DNA of 63,874 nt, counting the filler, from an uncultured archaeon (GTDB lineage Archaea > Iainarchaeota > Iainarchaeia > Iainarchaeales > 1-14-0-10-31-34), in the NCBI GenBank assembly GCA_964442255.1. It is 6 parts of 5 records of this genome, joined end to end, with 100 filler letters (N's around TTAATTAATTAA, not from the genome) between each part and the next. Parts side by side here need not be neighbours in the genome. Positions count along the whole stretch, not along the records: positions 48,611 to 63,874 come from CAYTYC010000029.1; 5 more parts are not named here. One strand, 5' to 3'. Below, in pieces: positions 54,793 to 63,874 of the stretch; within the stretch, counting starts at the first letter, position 1; the number at the start of each line of letters is the position of its first letter. The notes beneath the pieces are model-generated. The model saw nothing but the letters and a program-made list of their open reading frames with translations. It was not told the DNA's origin and did not search any database. The position numbers and the translations under genes were made by a program.

Positions 54793-55296
54793 ATGGCGGA
54801 AGAAAAAAAAAGGAGTTGGCATGATTTTGGGTTTGATTTTGAAAAGATTGAGGAAATGATGGACAAACTGGTTGAAGGAATGGTTTCAGGCAAAGAAAAA
54901 GTTGAGAACAGTAAGCCTGTTGTCATGGGCTTTCAGATGCGCATAGGGCAAAACGGGTTGCCGGAAATAAAGGAATTCGGGAACATTAAAAAAGGCAGGG
55001 GAAAACCGGAGATTTTCGAGGCAAGGGAGCCTTTGGCTGACGTCACGGAAAGCGATAAAGAAATTTTTGTGACCGCAGAGCTTCCCGGGGTTGAAAAAAA
55101 GGACATCTTATTGAATTCCAAAAAAAACGGGCTCACGATTTCAGCGGAAGGGGAAAGAAAGTTTTTCAGGGAAATAAGGGTGAAACAGGAAGTCAGGCCA
55201 AAAACAGCGAAGGCAAGGTTCAAGAACGGCATACTGGAAGTATGCCTCCAAAAGGCTGAGCCAAAAAAAAGAAAAGGAAACATCAAAATTGAGTGA
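54793..55296 (+). CDS. hsp20: archaeal small heat-shock protein Hsp20
   Basis: P.I.EFGN; REPL.DV; AELPGV; A.FKNGILEV; I.IE. Confidence 0.93.
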   Translation: MAEEKKRSWHDFGFDFEKIEEMMDKLVEGMVSGKEKVENSKPVVMGFQMRIGQNGLPEIKEFGNIKKGRGKPEIFEAREPLADVTESDKEIFVTAELPGVEKKDILLNSKKNGLTISAEGERKFFREIRVKQEVRPKTAKARFKNGILEVCLQKAEPKKRKGNIKIE

Positions 55297-55819
55297 CAGT
55301 TTTTTTTGCGGAGGATTCTTTTGTTCCTTTTTCTTCACCGTATTTCGGATTTTTTTTCAGCATTATTGAGCCTTTCCCGAAGTATTCCAGGAATTTCTTG
55401 GTTGTGCGCACATTGTATGTGAGGCCGCTTCTTTCACGGGAAATAAAGCCCTTTTCTTCAAGGATTTTGATTTCCTCGTAGGCCTTTGAGGACCTGAATT
55501 TTATCACCTGGCTCTGCTTTACGGGCTGCTTGAAGGCAATGTATGCGAGGGTTTTCATTATTGCCTTGCTTAATTCGCTTGAAGCCGCAAGATGGGTTAC
55601 GTTCTGGTCGAACTCCGGCTTTACCCGCATCCGGTATCCTTCCACTTCCTTCACTATCTCCAAGGCTGAGTCACGGGAATTGAATTCCTTCATTAATTCC
55701 ATTGCAGAGGTCTCCACAACCGCAAGCTCCGGAATTTTGCAGACCCCTGCAAGCTCCTGCAAAGGCAGAGGCTTTGGGGACATGAAAAGCGCGGCTTCAA
55801 TTGTTTTCTTCAGCTCCAA
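55283..55819 (-). CDS. scpB: SMC-Scp complex subunit ScpB
   Basis: IEAALF; LSKA..KTLA.IA.KQP; TTKKFLEYFG. Confidence 0.92.
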   Translation of the reverse strand: MELKKTIEAALFMSPKPLPLQELAGVCKIPELAVVETSAMELMKEFNSRDSALEIVKEVEGYRMRVKPEFDQNVTHLAASSELSKAIMKTLAYIAFKQPVKQSQVIKFRSSKAYEEIKILEEKGFISRERSGLTYNVRTTKKFLEYFGKGSIMLKKNPKYGEEKGTKESSAKKTVTQF

Positions 55820-55914
55820 AAAAATTCACCTTCAAAAAAAAATTTTAAAGCAGTTTTTCCCATTGAACCTTCACCAAGGCCTGCCTTTAACCCGTGAACC
55901 CTTCACAATCTCTT

Positions 55915-56940
55915 TCACCTGATTTTAACCCCCGAACCCTTCACGATTTCCCCAATCAACCGGGCTTTTTCTTTTCCCTTCAGGGAATGAAGCAAATCCT
56001 TCGCATCGCCTTTCCGCACAATTAAAACCATTCCCACTCCCATGTTGAATGTTTTCCACATGTCTTTTTCCGGCACCCCGCCTTTTTCCTGAATCAGCTC
56101 AAATACTGGAAGAACTTTCACGGAATCCTTTTCAACCTCCGCGCCCAACCCTTTTGGCAGCACTCTCTCCAGATTTCCGGGAATTCCTCCCCCGGTGATG
56201 TGCGCAACGGCCTTCACTTTTTTGGATTTAATTAAAGGGAGAACGGAATGCAAATAACTTTTATGCGGCTTGAGGAGTTCTTTCCCCAAAGGGTTTTTAA
56301 GCGGAGCAAGCCTTTTTTTGGGGTTAAAATGCTTGAATACTTTTCTTGCAAGGGAATAGCCGTTTGTGTGAAGGCCGCTGGAGGCAAGCGCAACCAGTGC
56401 GTCGCCTTTTTTCACTTTTTTTGGGTTCGGGACAAGGTTTTTTTCCGCAGCCCCGACAATGCAGCCCGCCAAATCCAGCTCTCCTTTCAAGTAGACGCCG
56501 GGCATTTCCGCGGTTTCACCGGCAATTAAAGGCATTTGCGCCTTCCTGCAGGCCTTTGCAAGGCCTTTTATGGCCCCCTGGATTGCTTTCGGCTTCAGTT
56601 TTGAGAACGCAATGTAATCCAGGAAAAAAAGGGGCTCTGCGCCAAGGCAGAGAATGTCATTGACTGAATGGTTCACCAAATCCTCGCCCAAAGAATCCCA
56701 TTCATTCAATTGGGAGGCGATTTTTGTTTTTGTCCCCACCCCGTCCACGCTTGCAACCAAAACAGGGTTTTTGTATTTCTTTAGCTTTTTAAGGTTGACA
56801 GCGCCGCCGAAGGCGCCGAAAGAGCTTTCAACTGAAGAATCAAACGTGGATTTGATTAAGGACGCCATGTTTTTTTTGCTTGCGTTTGCGCGGGAAAGGC
56901 TGACGCCGGAGGAAAAATAAGTGATGCGCTTTCCTTTCAT
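55915..56940 (-). CDS. purM: phosphoribosylformylglycinamidine cyclo-ligase
   Basis: DGVGTK; GAEPLFFLDY; GETAEMP; SSGLHTNGYSL; HITGGG; FNMGVG. Confidence 0.96.
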   Translation of the reverse strand: MKGKRITYFSSGVSLSRANASKKNMASLIKSTFDSSVESSFGAFGGAVNLKKLKKYKNPVLVASVDGVGTKTKIASQLNEWDSLGEDLVNHSVNDILCLGAEPLFFLDYIAFSKLKPKAIQGAIKGLAKACRKAQMPLIAGETAEMPGVYLKGELDLAGCIVGAAEKNLVPNPKKVKKGDALVALASSGLHTNGYSLARKVFKHFNPKKRLAPLKNPLGKELLKPHKSYLHSVLPLIKSKKVKAVAHITGGGIPGNLERVLPKGLGAEVEKDSVKVLPVFELIQEKGGVPEKDMWKTFNMGVGMVLIVRKGDAKDLLHSLKGKEKARLIGEIVKGSGVKIR

Positions 56941-57027
56941 ACTTAAATAACACTTTGAAATTGTTTTAAATAGCTTTCATTTTTTTTCCACAAAACAGAT
57001 TCCAGCCCCAAGGCAGTGAAATAGCGT

Positions 57028-57432
57028 TTACCCCTTACGGGACATTGCGCGAATCATTTCCTTTATTTCATCCAGGTCCTTTTGCACGTTTTCTATTTCC
57101 CTTTCGGCTTTCCTGTTGACCTTGTAATCCTGCTCCGCTTTTGCCCGGTCCCTTTCGGTTTGCCTGTTCTGGCTCATTAAAATCACGGGCGCCTGGATTG
57201 CCGCAAGGCATGAAAGCAAAAGGTTAAGCAGAATGTAAGGAAACGGGTCCACAGGGCGCTCAAGCAGGAGATAGGTGTTGACCGCAATCCAGCTCAAAAG
57301 AAACAACGCAAACAAGCCGATAAAGGTCCAGCTTCCGCCTAAAACAGTTATCCTGTCAGCCCACCTCTGGCCAAGAGTCAGCCTGCTTCTGCGGTAAACG
57401 TGGTTCGGGTGCACTGGATGGTTTTCGTCCAT
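57028..57432 (-). CDS. DUF1003 membrane protein
   Basis: [27 protein letters not shown]. Confidence 0.92.
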   Translation of the reverse strand: MDENHPVHPNHVYRRSRLTLGQRWADRITVLGGSWTFIGLFALFLLSWIAVNTYLLLERPVDPFPYILLNLLLSCLAAIQAPVILMSQNRQTERDRAKAEQDYKVNRKAEREIENVQKDLDEIKEMIRAMSRKG

Positions 57433-57483
57433 TCAACTAATTTAATAATTTTTCTGCTTTTTATTTGTTTGGGTGACGGCAAA

Positions 57484-58368
57484 ATGGCGAAAAAAAAGCT
57501 GAACAGGGTTTTAGTGAACCGCGGCCTGGCGCAAATGCTTAAGGGCGGGGTTATAATGGACGTTGTCACGGCAAAGCAGGCGCGGACAGCCGAACAAGCC
57601 GGGGCGGTTGCGGTGATGGCGCTTGAAAGGGTTCCCTCGGACATAAGGAAAGATGGGGGGGTTGCAAGGATGTCCGACCCGTTCATCATAAAGCAGATAA
57701 TGAAGGCGGTGAGCATTCCCGTGATGGCAAAGGCGAGGATAGGGCATTTTGTGGAGGCGCAGGTTTTGGAGTCATTGGGCGTTGACTTCATTGACGAAAG
57801 CGAGGTGCTTACGCCTGCTGACGAAAAGTTTCACATAGACAAAACAAAATTTAGGGCGCCGTTTGTGTGCGGCGAAACCTGTTTAGGTGAAGGCTTAAGG
57901 AGAATAAATGAAGGCGCCTCCATGATGAGAACAAAAGGCGAGGCGGGAACTGGAAACATTGTGGAGGCAGTGAAGCACATCCGGGCAGTGAACGAAGAAA
58001 TTGCCGCGTTAAAGGGAATGAATGAAAAAAAACTGACGGCTTACGCGAAAAAGGAGCGCGTTCCGTTTTCCCTTGTGAAAGAGGTCAGGAAAAAGCAAAA
58101 GCTTCCTGTTGTGAATTTTGCCGCAGGGGGAATCGCAACACCCGCCGATGCCGCGCTTGTGATGCAGCTGGGGGTTGAAGGAGTGTTTGTCGGCTCCGGA
58201 ATCTTCAAGTCCGCTAACCCTGTGAAAAGGGGAAAAGCGATTGTGGATGCAACCCACAATTTTCGTGACGCAAAGATTGTGGCAAAGGCTTCGGAAAGGC
58301 TGGGGGAAGCGATGCGCGGACAGGAAATAGGCGAATTGAATGAAAAGTTTGCGGAACGGGGCTGGTGA
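57484..58368 (+). CDS. pdxS: PLP synthase lyase subunit
   Basis: [43 protein letters not shown]. Confidence 0.97.
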   Translation: MAKKKLNRVLVNRGLAQMLKGGVIMDVVTAKQARTAEQAGAVAVMALERVPSDIRKDGGVARMSDPFIIKQIMKAVSIPVMAKARIGHFVEAQVLESLGVDFIDESEVLTPADEKFHIDKTKFRAPFVCGETCLGEGLRRINEGASMMRTKGEAGTGNIVEAVKHIRAVNEEIAALKGMNEKKLTAYAKKERVPFSLVKEVRKKQKLPVVNFAAGGIATPADAALVMQLGVEGVFVGSGIFKSANPVKRGKAIVDATHNFRDAKIVAKASERLGEAMRGQEIGELNEKFAERGW

Positions 58369-58412
58369 ATTTAGCCTGCATTAAAGCCTTTTTTTTGGCA
58401 TTGGGTGAAAGA

Positions 58413-58973
58413 ATGAAAGTTGGAGTGCTTGCATTGCAGGGCTCTTTTGCGGAGCACCTTGAGGCGCTGAAAAGGCTTAAGGTTAAGGCGGTTGAAGTCA
58501 GGAAAGCCGGCGAACTCAAAGGCTTAAGCGGATTAATTATTCCCGGGGGAGAGAGCACAACCCTTTCCCTCCTTATCCACAAAAACGGTTTGGCAAAGGA
58601 AATCAAAAAAGCAGTGCGGAAGGGAATGGCGGTTTACGGAACCTGCGCCGGGTGTGTGCTGCTTTCAAAAAAGGCTGAAGGCCGGAAAGTCAGGGTTTTG
58701 GGGCTGATGGATTTTTCTGCGGAAAGGAACGGGTTCGGCAGACAGCGGGAATCGTTTGTCAAGCCGGTGAAAATTTGGGGCGAAAAAAAAATGTGCGGAG
58801 TTTTCATCAGGGCGCCGAGAATACGCTTTGTGGGGCCAAAAGCAAGGGTTTTGGTTCGGCTGGAAGGCGAGCCTGTAATGGTTGAACAGGGAAAAATGCT
58901 TGCCTCATCTTTTCACCCTGAACTGGCTGGTTCACTGGCTTTGCACAGGCTTTTCCTTGAAAAATGCCGTTAA
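58413..58973 (+). CDS. pdxT: PLP synthase glutaminase subunit
   Basis: GVLALQG; PGGEST; GTCAG; FIRAP; FHPE. Confidence 0.96.
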   Translation: MKVGVLALQGSFAEHLEALKRLKVKAVEVRKAGELKGLSGLIIPGGESTTLSLLIHKNGLAKEIKKAVRKGMAVYGTCAGCVLLSKKAEGRKVRVLGLMDFSAERNGFGRQRESFVKPVKIWGEKKMCGVFIRAPRIRFVGPKARVLVRLEGEPVMVEQGKMLASSFHPELAGSLALHRLFLEKCR

Positions 58974-59066
58974 ATCCCGGAAAAAACGTTCCAGTTATGC
59001 TTAAATACTCTTAATTCGTTGTTAAATACTAATTTTTTCATTAAAAATTTTTGGGAGGTAAAAAAA

Positions 59067-59717
59067 ATGGTTGACTTTGGAGGAGCAATTAAAAAGCCGT
59101 TCACTGACAACAAGAAACTGGTGATTGGCTTTATTGTCGGATTGATTCCGGTGGTGCAGCTGCTGAATTTTGGGTTTGGATTAAGCACTGCGCAAAGAAA
59201 GCTCAACGGCGACGACAGCCTCTCGGAATGGGGCGACATTGGCGGCATAATAGTGAAGACAATAATGGCAATAGTTGTGGGAATAATTTACATGATTCCT
59301 GCACTGATTTTTGGCGCCATTGCGTTGACTTCATTGTTTCCGGTGATCATGAGCCTTTTGGTGAGCGGAACAGCCGATCCAAACGTGATTTTCCAGTCAA
59401 TTGCAGGGGCTGGTGCAATGGTCATAATTGCAGCCGTTTTGTTTATTGCGGCGGCATTTGTTTTGCCGATGGCGCTGATGCATTACCTTAAAGGCGGTTT
59501 CAGCGCTGCATTCAGCTTCGGTTCAGTCATAAGAAAGGCGCTGACAGGAAAATATATCCTTTCATGGATTGTGGTCATAGTCTACGGCCTTGTCTGGTCG
59601 GTTATCGGCCTTGGGCTGGGGGCGGTGACCGCCGGAATCGGCACGTGGATTGTAGCCGGAATTGCTTCCTATGCGCTTGCAATAACCGAATACTCAATCT
59701 TTGCCCAGACTTACTGA
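59067..59717 (+). CDS. DUF4013 membrane protein
   Basis: AIK.PF; LIP; EW; IY.IP; GGAGG RBS. Confidence 0.8.
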   Translation: MVDFGGAIKKPFTDNKKLVIGFIVGLIPVVQLLNFGFGLSTAQRKLNGDDSLSEWGDIGGIIVKTIMAIVVGIIYMIPALIFGAIALTSLFPVIMSLLVSGTADPNVIFQSIAGAGAMVIIAAVLFIAAAFVLPMALMHYLKGGFSAAFSFGSVIRKALTGKYILSWIVVIVYGLVWSVIGLGLGAVTAGIGTWIVAGIASYALAITEYSIFAQTY

Positions 59718-59758
59718 AACTGGGCAACTTTTTTTTTCTTTTTTTTTTAAGAATGTGT

Positions 59759-60181
59759 TTAGCTTCCGCGCTTAAGTTTTTCCGTGAATTTCCTGTAAAC
59801 CTGTGCGAAGGGGCGGAAGAGGCGCGCAAGTTTTGGGGAATGCGCGAGCACATGGAACACGCCGGACAATTCAATGGAGGCAAGGAGGCGGATTGAGCGC
59901 AGGGCACGGGCAAGGCGCAGTATTGCGCCGAAGGGAAGGAAGCTGGCAAAAATATACCAGTTTTCGAGGAGGAATTTTCTCTTGTTTTTTGCGAGAACAA
60001 GGAGGGCGACAATGTCAACGAACAGGATTGCCAATGCCGAATACTCGGCAAGGGTTAAGAGAAGGTGCTGGGTTTCGGAGAGTTCCCGGAAAAACGGCAG
60101 CACCAGGGCAACAATAAGCACAATAATGCTTGCGTTTACCGCCAAAGCCCATAAATCCAACAGAAACCTGTTTTTCTTCAT
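59759..60181 (-). CDS. ion-channel voltage-sensor-like (S1-S4) protein without pore
   Basis: Three TMs, F.D in S2, K.FL.ENW, S4 LRLARALRSIRLL. Confidence 0.65.
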   Translation of the reverse strand: MKKNRFLLDLWALAVNASIIVLIVALVLPFFRELSETQHLLLTLAEYSALAILFVDIVALLVLAKNKRKFLLENWYIFASFLPFGAILRLARALRSIRLLASIELSGVFHVLAHSPKLARLFRPFAQVYRKFTEKLKRGS

Positions 60182-60231
60182 TTCAGTTAATAAGCGTTTA
60201 AGTGGTATTTAAGGGAATTGGTCATTGGGGG

Positions 60232-61632
60232 CTAATTGTTTTGGGCTTGCTCGGATTCCATTATCTTTCTTGTTTTCGCCAAATCCTTCAAAAATTTTCC
60301 TGAAAAATGCAGGGCCATTTCCGCACAGAAATCGTTTGGAAGCTCTTCCTCCAAAGAAAAACCCTTTCTTTTCGCGTACTTAATCATCTGGTCGGAAACG
60401 GTTTCCTTTTTTTCCAGAACATTTGAAAGCCTTTTAATCATTTTCCTGTTCTTTTCCTCCGCAAGCTTTCTCGCAAAAAACAGGAACCTTTTACAGTAAT
60501 TCAACACATCCGGGTCGGAGAGGCCGTGGAAAACGGCTTTTGCCTGCAGTTCCTCCTTCACAAAACTGTGCGGGGGAATGAAGACAACCTTTTCCTCGTG
60601 CCTGAACGGGCATTCAAGCGCGGTGTCGGAGGGAATTACGTGCAAAAAGTTTTGCTGGATTTCCCTCAACACGGACTTAATCAAAAAGGTTACGGGAAAA
60701 ATCCGGGAAAGCATGTTCATGTCCCCTCCCCTTGACTCAATTGTGCCGAGCTTGTTTATTTTTACGGGAACCCAAATGAAGTCAAGGACTGGCTTTTTTT
60801 CCGCCTCCTTTTTGTAGCCCAGTTCCTTCATCCTGTCGCGCATAATCCTGTCTTTTCTTTTCAGGGACTTGGTTAAATCGGTGAGCGTGTGAACATATCC
60901 TGAGAGGTTGCCCATTTCAGGGTAACGGTAAAGGAAGCCCGTGCTTTTAAGCGATTTTTCCGTGCGGTTGAAGAGAACCCTTGAGTCCTTTGAAAGGCAT
61001 TTGCCTTCAATGAATGGGGACGACTGAAGCAATGCAATCAGCAAGGGGTCAATTGCCGTGAGGAAGTTGAAGCTGTCCAGAAGGCTTTCCTTTGTTTTTG
61101 AGGCAAAAGATTTTTTCAGGAAACGCTTTTTTTTGTCAAAGACCCCGCGAGGCAGGGAGTAATGGTAGTGGAAACCGTATCCTCTGGGGCCGTAGTAAGT
61201 GAAGTATTTTTTTCCCACGATTTCAGCCAAAAGCTTGTACCGTTTTCCAGCAAGGGTTGCGCTTATTTTTCCGGGGTAAGAGCCGAAAGGAAAAAGCTTG
61301 AGGCCCTCTTTTTCGGCTTCCCCGGAAACGATTGAAATGTTTTCCAGGAAATCAAGGGAAGTGTTGAAAACGCTTTTCGTGGGATAGGAGTGGACTTCAA
61401 GTATGTGTTTCGCCACTTCCGGCACAACAATGTTTTTTTTGCGTGCCCTAACGCGCTTTATTATGCCGTCCGCTTTCTCCGAAACATAGCCCTTGGAGTC
61501 CAATACCGTAATCTCGCCCTCGTATCCGCTCAAAGAGCGCTTAAGCGGAAAAGTGTAGTTTCCTCCCGAGTAAATCCTGTAAAGATAGGAGCTTTTTCCA
61601 AGCTCAACTTTTGCGGTGTTTTTTTTGTTCAT
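60232..61632 (-). CDS. glutamate-cysteine ligase GCS2-like carboxylate-amine ligase
   Basis: GYEGE...D; E.....LE; GFHYH; SSPF..G; SR; TIESR..D. Confidence 0.75.
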   Translation of the reverse strand: MNKKNTAKVELGKSSYLYRIYSGGNYTFPLKRSLSGYEGEITVLDSKGYVSEKADGIIKRVRARKKNIVVPEVAKHILEVHSYPTKSVFNTSLDFLENISIVSGEAEKEGLKLFPFGSYPGKISATLAGKRYKLLAEIVGKKYFTYYGPRGYGFHYHYSLPRGVFDKKKRFLKKSFASKTKESLLDSFNFLTAIDPLLIALLQSSPFIEGKCLSKDSRVLFNRTEKSLKSTGFLYRYPEMGNLSGYVHTLTDLTKSLKRKDRIMRDRMKELGYKKEAEKKPVLDFIWVPVKINKLGTIESRGGDMNMLSRIFPVTFLIKSVLREIQQNFLHVIPSDTALECPFRHEEKVVFIPPHSFVKEELQAKAVFHGLSDPDVLNYCKRFLFFARKLAEEKNRKMIKRLSNVLEKKETVSDQMIKYAKRKGFSLEEELPNDFCAEMALHFSGKFLKDLAKTRKIMESEQAQNN

Positions 61633-61711
61633 TCGGTTGCCCTTTGGGTTAGAAATGTGGGGGCAAAAACTTTTATTAATTAAGGAGGAATTTTGCAGGC
61701 AAAAACAGAAT

Positions 61712-62080
61712 TCAGAAGGCGTTTTTTGCTTCTTCCAGGCTGTTGTTCAGGGACCCCAGAAGCGCGGCATCCAAATCTATTCCCGCAAACCCCAAAAAAA
61801 AGAAAACAACCTGCTTCAGCAACAGGAATATTATGTAAAAGAAAAGGAAAAGAAGGGCTTTTTGCGCCCATGGATGCCAGTTTTTTGTGAAGGGAAAGTA
61901 TTTTTCAATAAGGATTTCCGCTGAACGCCAGATTTTTCCGCGCAAAAGGATGAAGGAGGCAAAAAAGGCCCCCAAAACCGCAACCAACTCCGGGGGAAAT
62001 TCAAGGAGGTAAAAGGAGTAAAGCAGGAACGGCAGCATTAACAGGCGGAAGGCAAGCCTTTTCTTTTCCTTTTCCATCAA
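61712..62080 (-). CDS. hypothetical membrane protein
   Basis: Three hydrophobic segments. Confidence 0.55.
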   Translation of the reverse strand: MMEKEKKRLAFRLLMLPFLLYSFYLLEFPPELVAVLGAFFASFILLRGKIWRSAEILIEKYFPFTKNWHPWAQKALLFLFFYIIFLLLKQVVFFFLGFAGIDLDAALLGSLNNSLEEAKNAF

Positions 62081-62101
62081 ACAAAAAAGCCCTGCAAAAA
62101 G

Positions 62102-62374
62102 TTAAAAACCCGTGGCTTTCCCTTTCACCAGTTCCAGTTTTTGTTTCCTTGAAAGCCTTTTTACCCGCAGTTCGCGTTTCAGTGCCGCACTTCTGCTCTT
62201 GAATTTTTCAGAGTAAACCACTTTAACAGGAGTTCTTGCGCGCGTATATTTTGCGCCTTTTCCGGAATTGTGCAATTTAAGTCTTTCAGTGAGGTTTAAA
62301 GTGCAGCCACAATAGAAGCTGCCGTCCCTGCATTCAAGGAGGTAAACGAAGTGCGAGGAAGGCATTTGTTGCAC
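62102..62374 (-). CDS. GIY-YIG nuclease (UPF0213/YhbQ-like)
   Basis: VYLLECRDGSFYCG; R...HN.GKGAKYTR; A.KRE. Confidence 0.9.
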   Translation of the reverse strand: MQQMPSSHFVYLLECRDGSFYCGCTLNLTERLKLHNSGKGAKYTRARTPVKVVYSEKFKSRSAALKRELRVKRLSRKQKLELVKGKATGF

Positions 62375-62856
62375 TACCCGATTAATTTCCCGTTTTTTTG
62401 GAAGTAATCAAACAGCGCGGGGTTGTTTCTTGGGTCAGGCCCCTCAAATGCGCCCGGGCCAGTGTAACCGGCTTCAATTTTAAGGGAGTCCTTTAACACT
62501 AACACGTCTGTTATCACAATTCCACTATAAGCTAAAGACGAAACACCAGACCAGAAAGCGCCTTCGTAAAGCTCTTCCCCGTTCAACTTTACAACAAACG
62601 GTTTTTGGTACAAGCCGTGAGAAGTGGAAGGGCGCTCTGATTCAGAATAAGAATTGATCTTGTTTATTCCGCTTTCAGTGAGCCTGATTTCATGGGTGTT
62701 CTTATTGTAGGAAATGATGTCTTCGTCTGAAAGCACCAACTCTCCTGTTTCCTCAAGGTAAATCCCAAACCCGGGTTTTGCCTGGCTGCCATCAAGGCAT
62801 CCGCTTAACGCAATAAGCGCAAAAAAAGCGGAAACCGAAAAATAAACCAGTTTCAT
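62374..62856 (-). CDS. lipoprotein
   Basis: Lipobox ALSGC; C-terminal DPRN. Confidence 0.7.
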   Translation of the reverse strand: MKLVYFSVSAFFALIALSGCLDGSQAKPGFGIYLEETGELVLSDEDIISYNKNTHEIRLTESGINKINSYSESERPSTSHGLYQKPFVVKLNGEELYEGAFWSGVSSLAYSGIVITDVLVLKDSLKIEAGYTGPGAFEGPDPRNNPALFDYFQKNGKLIG

Positions 62857-63015
62857 AAATGATTAGGCGCCTCAAACAAATTTAAATGTTATCTTTGTTC
62901 ACGGAACAGGCTTAAACTCCCCAAAAGAATTAGCCGTAATGAAATTATTAACTGTTGCGGTACTGCTGTAAAAAATCCAGTGTCTCCAGGGGATAGTGCC
63001 CTGAAATCTTCGGTT

Positions 63016-63420
63016 TCAAAGCTCCTCCAGTCTGATTATTTTCGTGGCAGAATCGAAGCCCTTGTCAAAGGAATAAATCTCTTTTAGTCCCCTGTCCAGC
63101 ATTATTGCTACGGTGGTGCAGTCTGTGAAGCTGAGTTTTTCATAGCTTTTGAACAGTTCAAATGCCAGCGCTAAATGCTTTTGTTCAACTTTTATCATTT
63201 CTATTTCGGAGTTGGTTATTTCTTCCAGGATTTTGTTTGATGCTGCAGCATTTTTCTTTGACCTTGCCAATGTAAGCAATTCGTCCAGAATATAGTCTGA
63301 ATACGCAACGTTTCCAACGCTTCCTTCAGCTATTGCTTCAACTATTTTTTTGGCTTTAGGGTGGTGTTTTTCATCGCTGAAAAAGCCCGCGAACAATGTA
63401 ACCGTGTCAATAAATCGCAT
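63016..63420 (-). CDS. vapC: VapC/PIN toxin
   Basis: FIDT; ILDE; LSFTDC; SFD.GFD. Confidence 0.92.
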   Translation of the reverse strand: MRFIDTVTLFAGFFSDEKHHPKAKKIVEAIAEGSVGNVAYSDYILDELLTLARSKKNAAASNKILEEITNSEIEMIKVEQKHLALAFELFKSYEKLSFTDCTTVAIMLDRGLKEIYSFDKGFDSATKIIRLEEL

Positions 63421-63662
63421 TAGTCAAAACCCGCAATAATCAAGTCGTGTTCTTTAACCGCATCAAACCTTTTGCCTGCCCTGAATTTTCCAACCAAATT
63501 CTTCAAGCTGCCCTTTTTCTTTGGCCTCAAAATGAGTTCCTTGTCCAAATCAATCACCTGAATCTCTTGCCCCGGTAGCAAACCATGCTTTCTCCTGCTT
63601 TCAGCCTGCAACGTAAACTGGAATCCCTTAGACAATTTGATGTCATAAACATCCACACTCAA
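63420..63662 (-). CDS. vapB: AbrB/MazE-type antitoxin
   Basis: K..KGFQFTL...R...GL..G; LILRP; coupled to vapC. Confidence 0.85.
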   Translation of the reverse strand: MSVDVYDIKLSKGFQFTLQAESRRKHGLLPGQEIQVIDLDKELILRPKKKGSLKNLVGKFRAGKRFDAVKEHDLIIAGFD

Positions 63663-63712
63663 TTTGCATCACCATTAATATCTGTATACTTCATTATATT
63701 TAAGCTTTTTCA

Positions 63713-63823
63713 TTAGAAACCCCTTCAGGGAACCCGCCTGTTTCAATGGGCGGATGAATCGGGGTTTTCGCAGGCCGTTTACGGGAAAAAAAAACCAGGC
63801 ATGCTTTAACCCGCCGCAGTTTA
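63713..63823 (-). mobile_element. non-coding mini-element, second copy
   Basis: Reverse complement TAAACTGCGGCGGGTTAAA...CCCGATTCATCCGCCCATTGAAACAGGCGGGTTCCCTGAAGGGGTTTCTAA matches 43601-43958. Confidence 0.55.
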
Positions 63824-63842
63824 GGCAGCGGTTTGCGGATTG

Positions 63843-63874
63843 CTTCGCCAAAAAACTTTTTTCCAAAAAGTTTG
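63843..63874 (+). repeat. short palindromic repeat family copy (truncated by window end)
   Basis: CTTCGCCAAAAAACTTTTTTCCAAAAAGTTTG. Confidence 0.55.

Noticed and set aside
55283..55819. Wadjet/MksBEF-like defence system around scpB
   Set aside because: No neighbouring SMC, kleisin or nuclease gene; this is an ordinary ScpB.
62102..63662. Defence island or integrated element (GIY-YIG, vapBC)
   Set aside because: The GIY-YIG is the small housekeeping UPF0213 type; no integrase, att site or tRNA is visible.

Overview
Archaeal genome sequence, most likely a small-genome DPANN lineage (inferred from A/V-ATPase, MCM, aIF-1A, aIF-2beta, Rio1, TopoVI, TFB, S8e, L35Ae and Cgi121, plus many Lys/Arg-rich orphans). 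It is a concatenated assembly: five N44-TTAATTAATTAA-N44 linkers split it into six scaffolds, and there are three 100-N internal gaps, so synteny across linkers is meaningless. It contains housekeeping clusters (aIF1A-rio1-KH-top6B-top6A, porCDAB, pdxST, purM), a heptose/rhamnose surface-glycan cluster with radical-SAM and methyltransferase enzymes, a tetraether-synthase-like gene and a type IV pilus-like locus. The best candidate for an undescribed system is 31126-39997 (minus strand). There an HTH-10 regulator is followed by a palindromic operator, two paralogous small membrane proteins, four tandem ~500-aa proteins (divergent helical domain plus C-terminal phospho-His swivel domain) and one stand-alone PEP-synthase-type ATP-grasp protein. 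This reads as a split, modular array resembling rifampin phosphotransferase. Non-coding DNA holds a family of short palindromes (some with nested hairpin inserts), a two-copy mini-element with IS200/IS605-like ends, a shared promoter-like motif and a hairpin-dense segment upstream of mcm. I found no rRNA, tRNA or true CRISPR array. All family calls come from motif recognition by eye; no searches were run.
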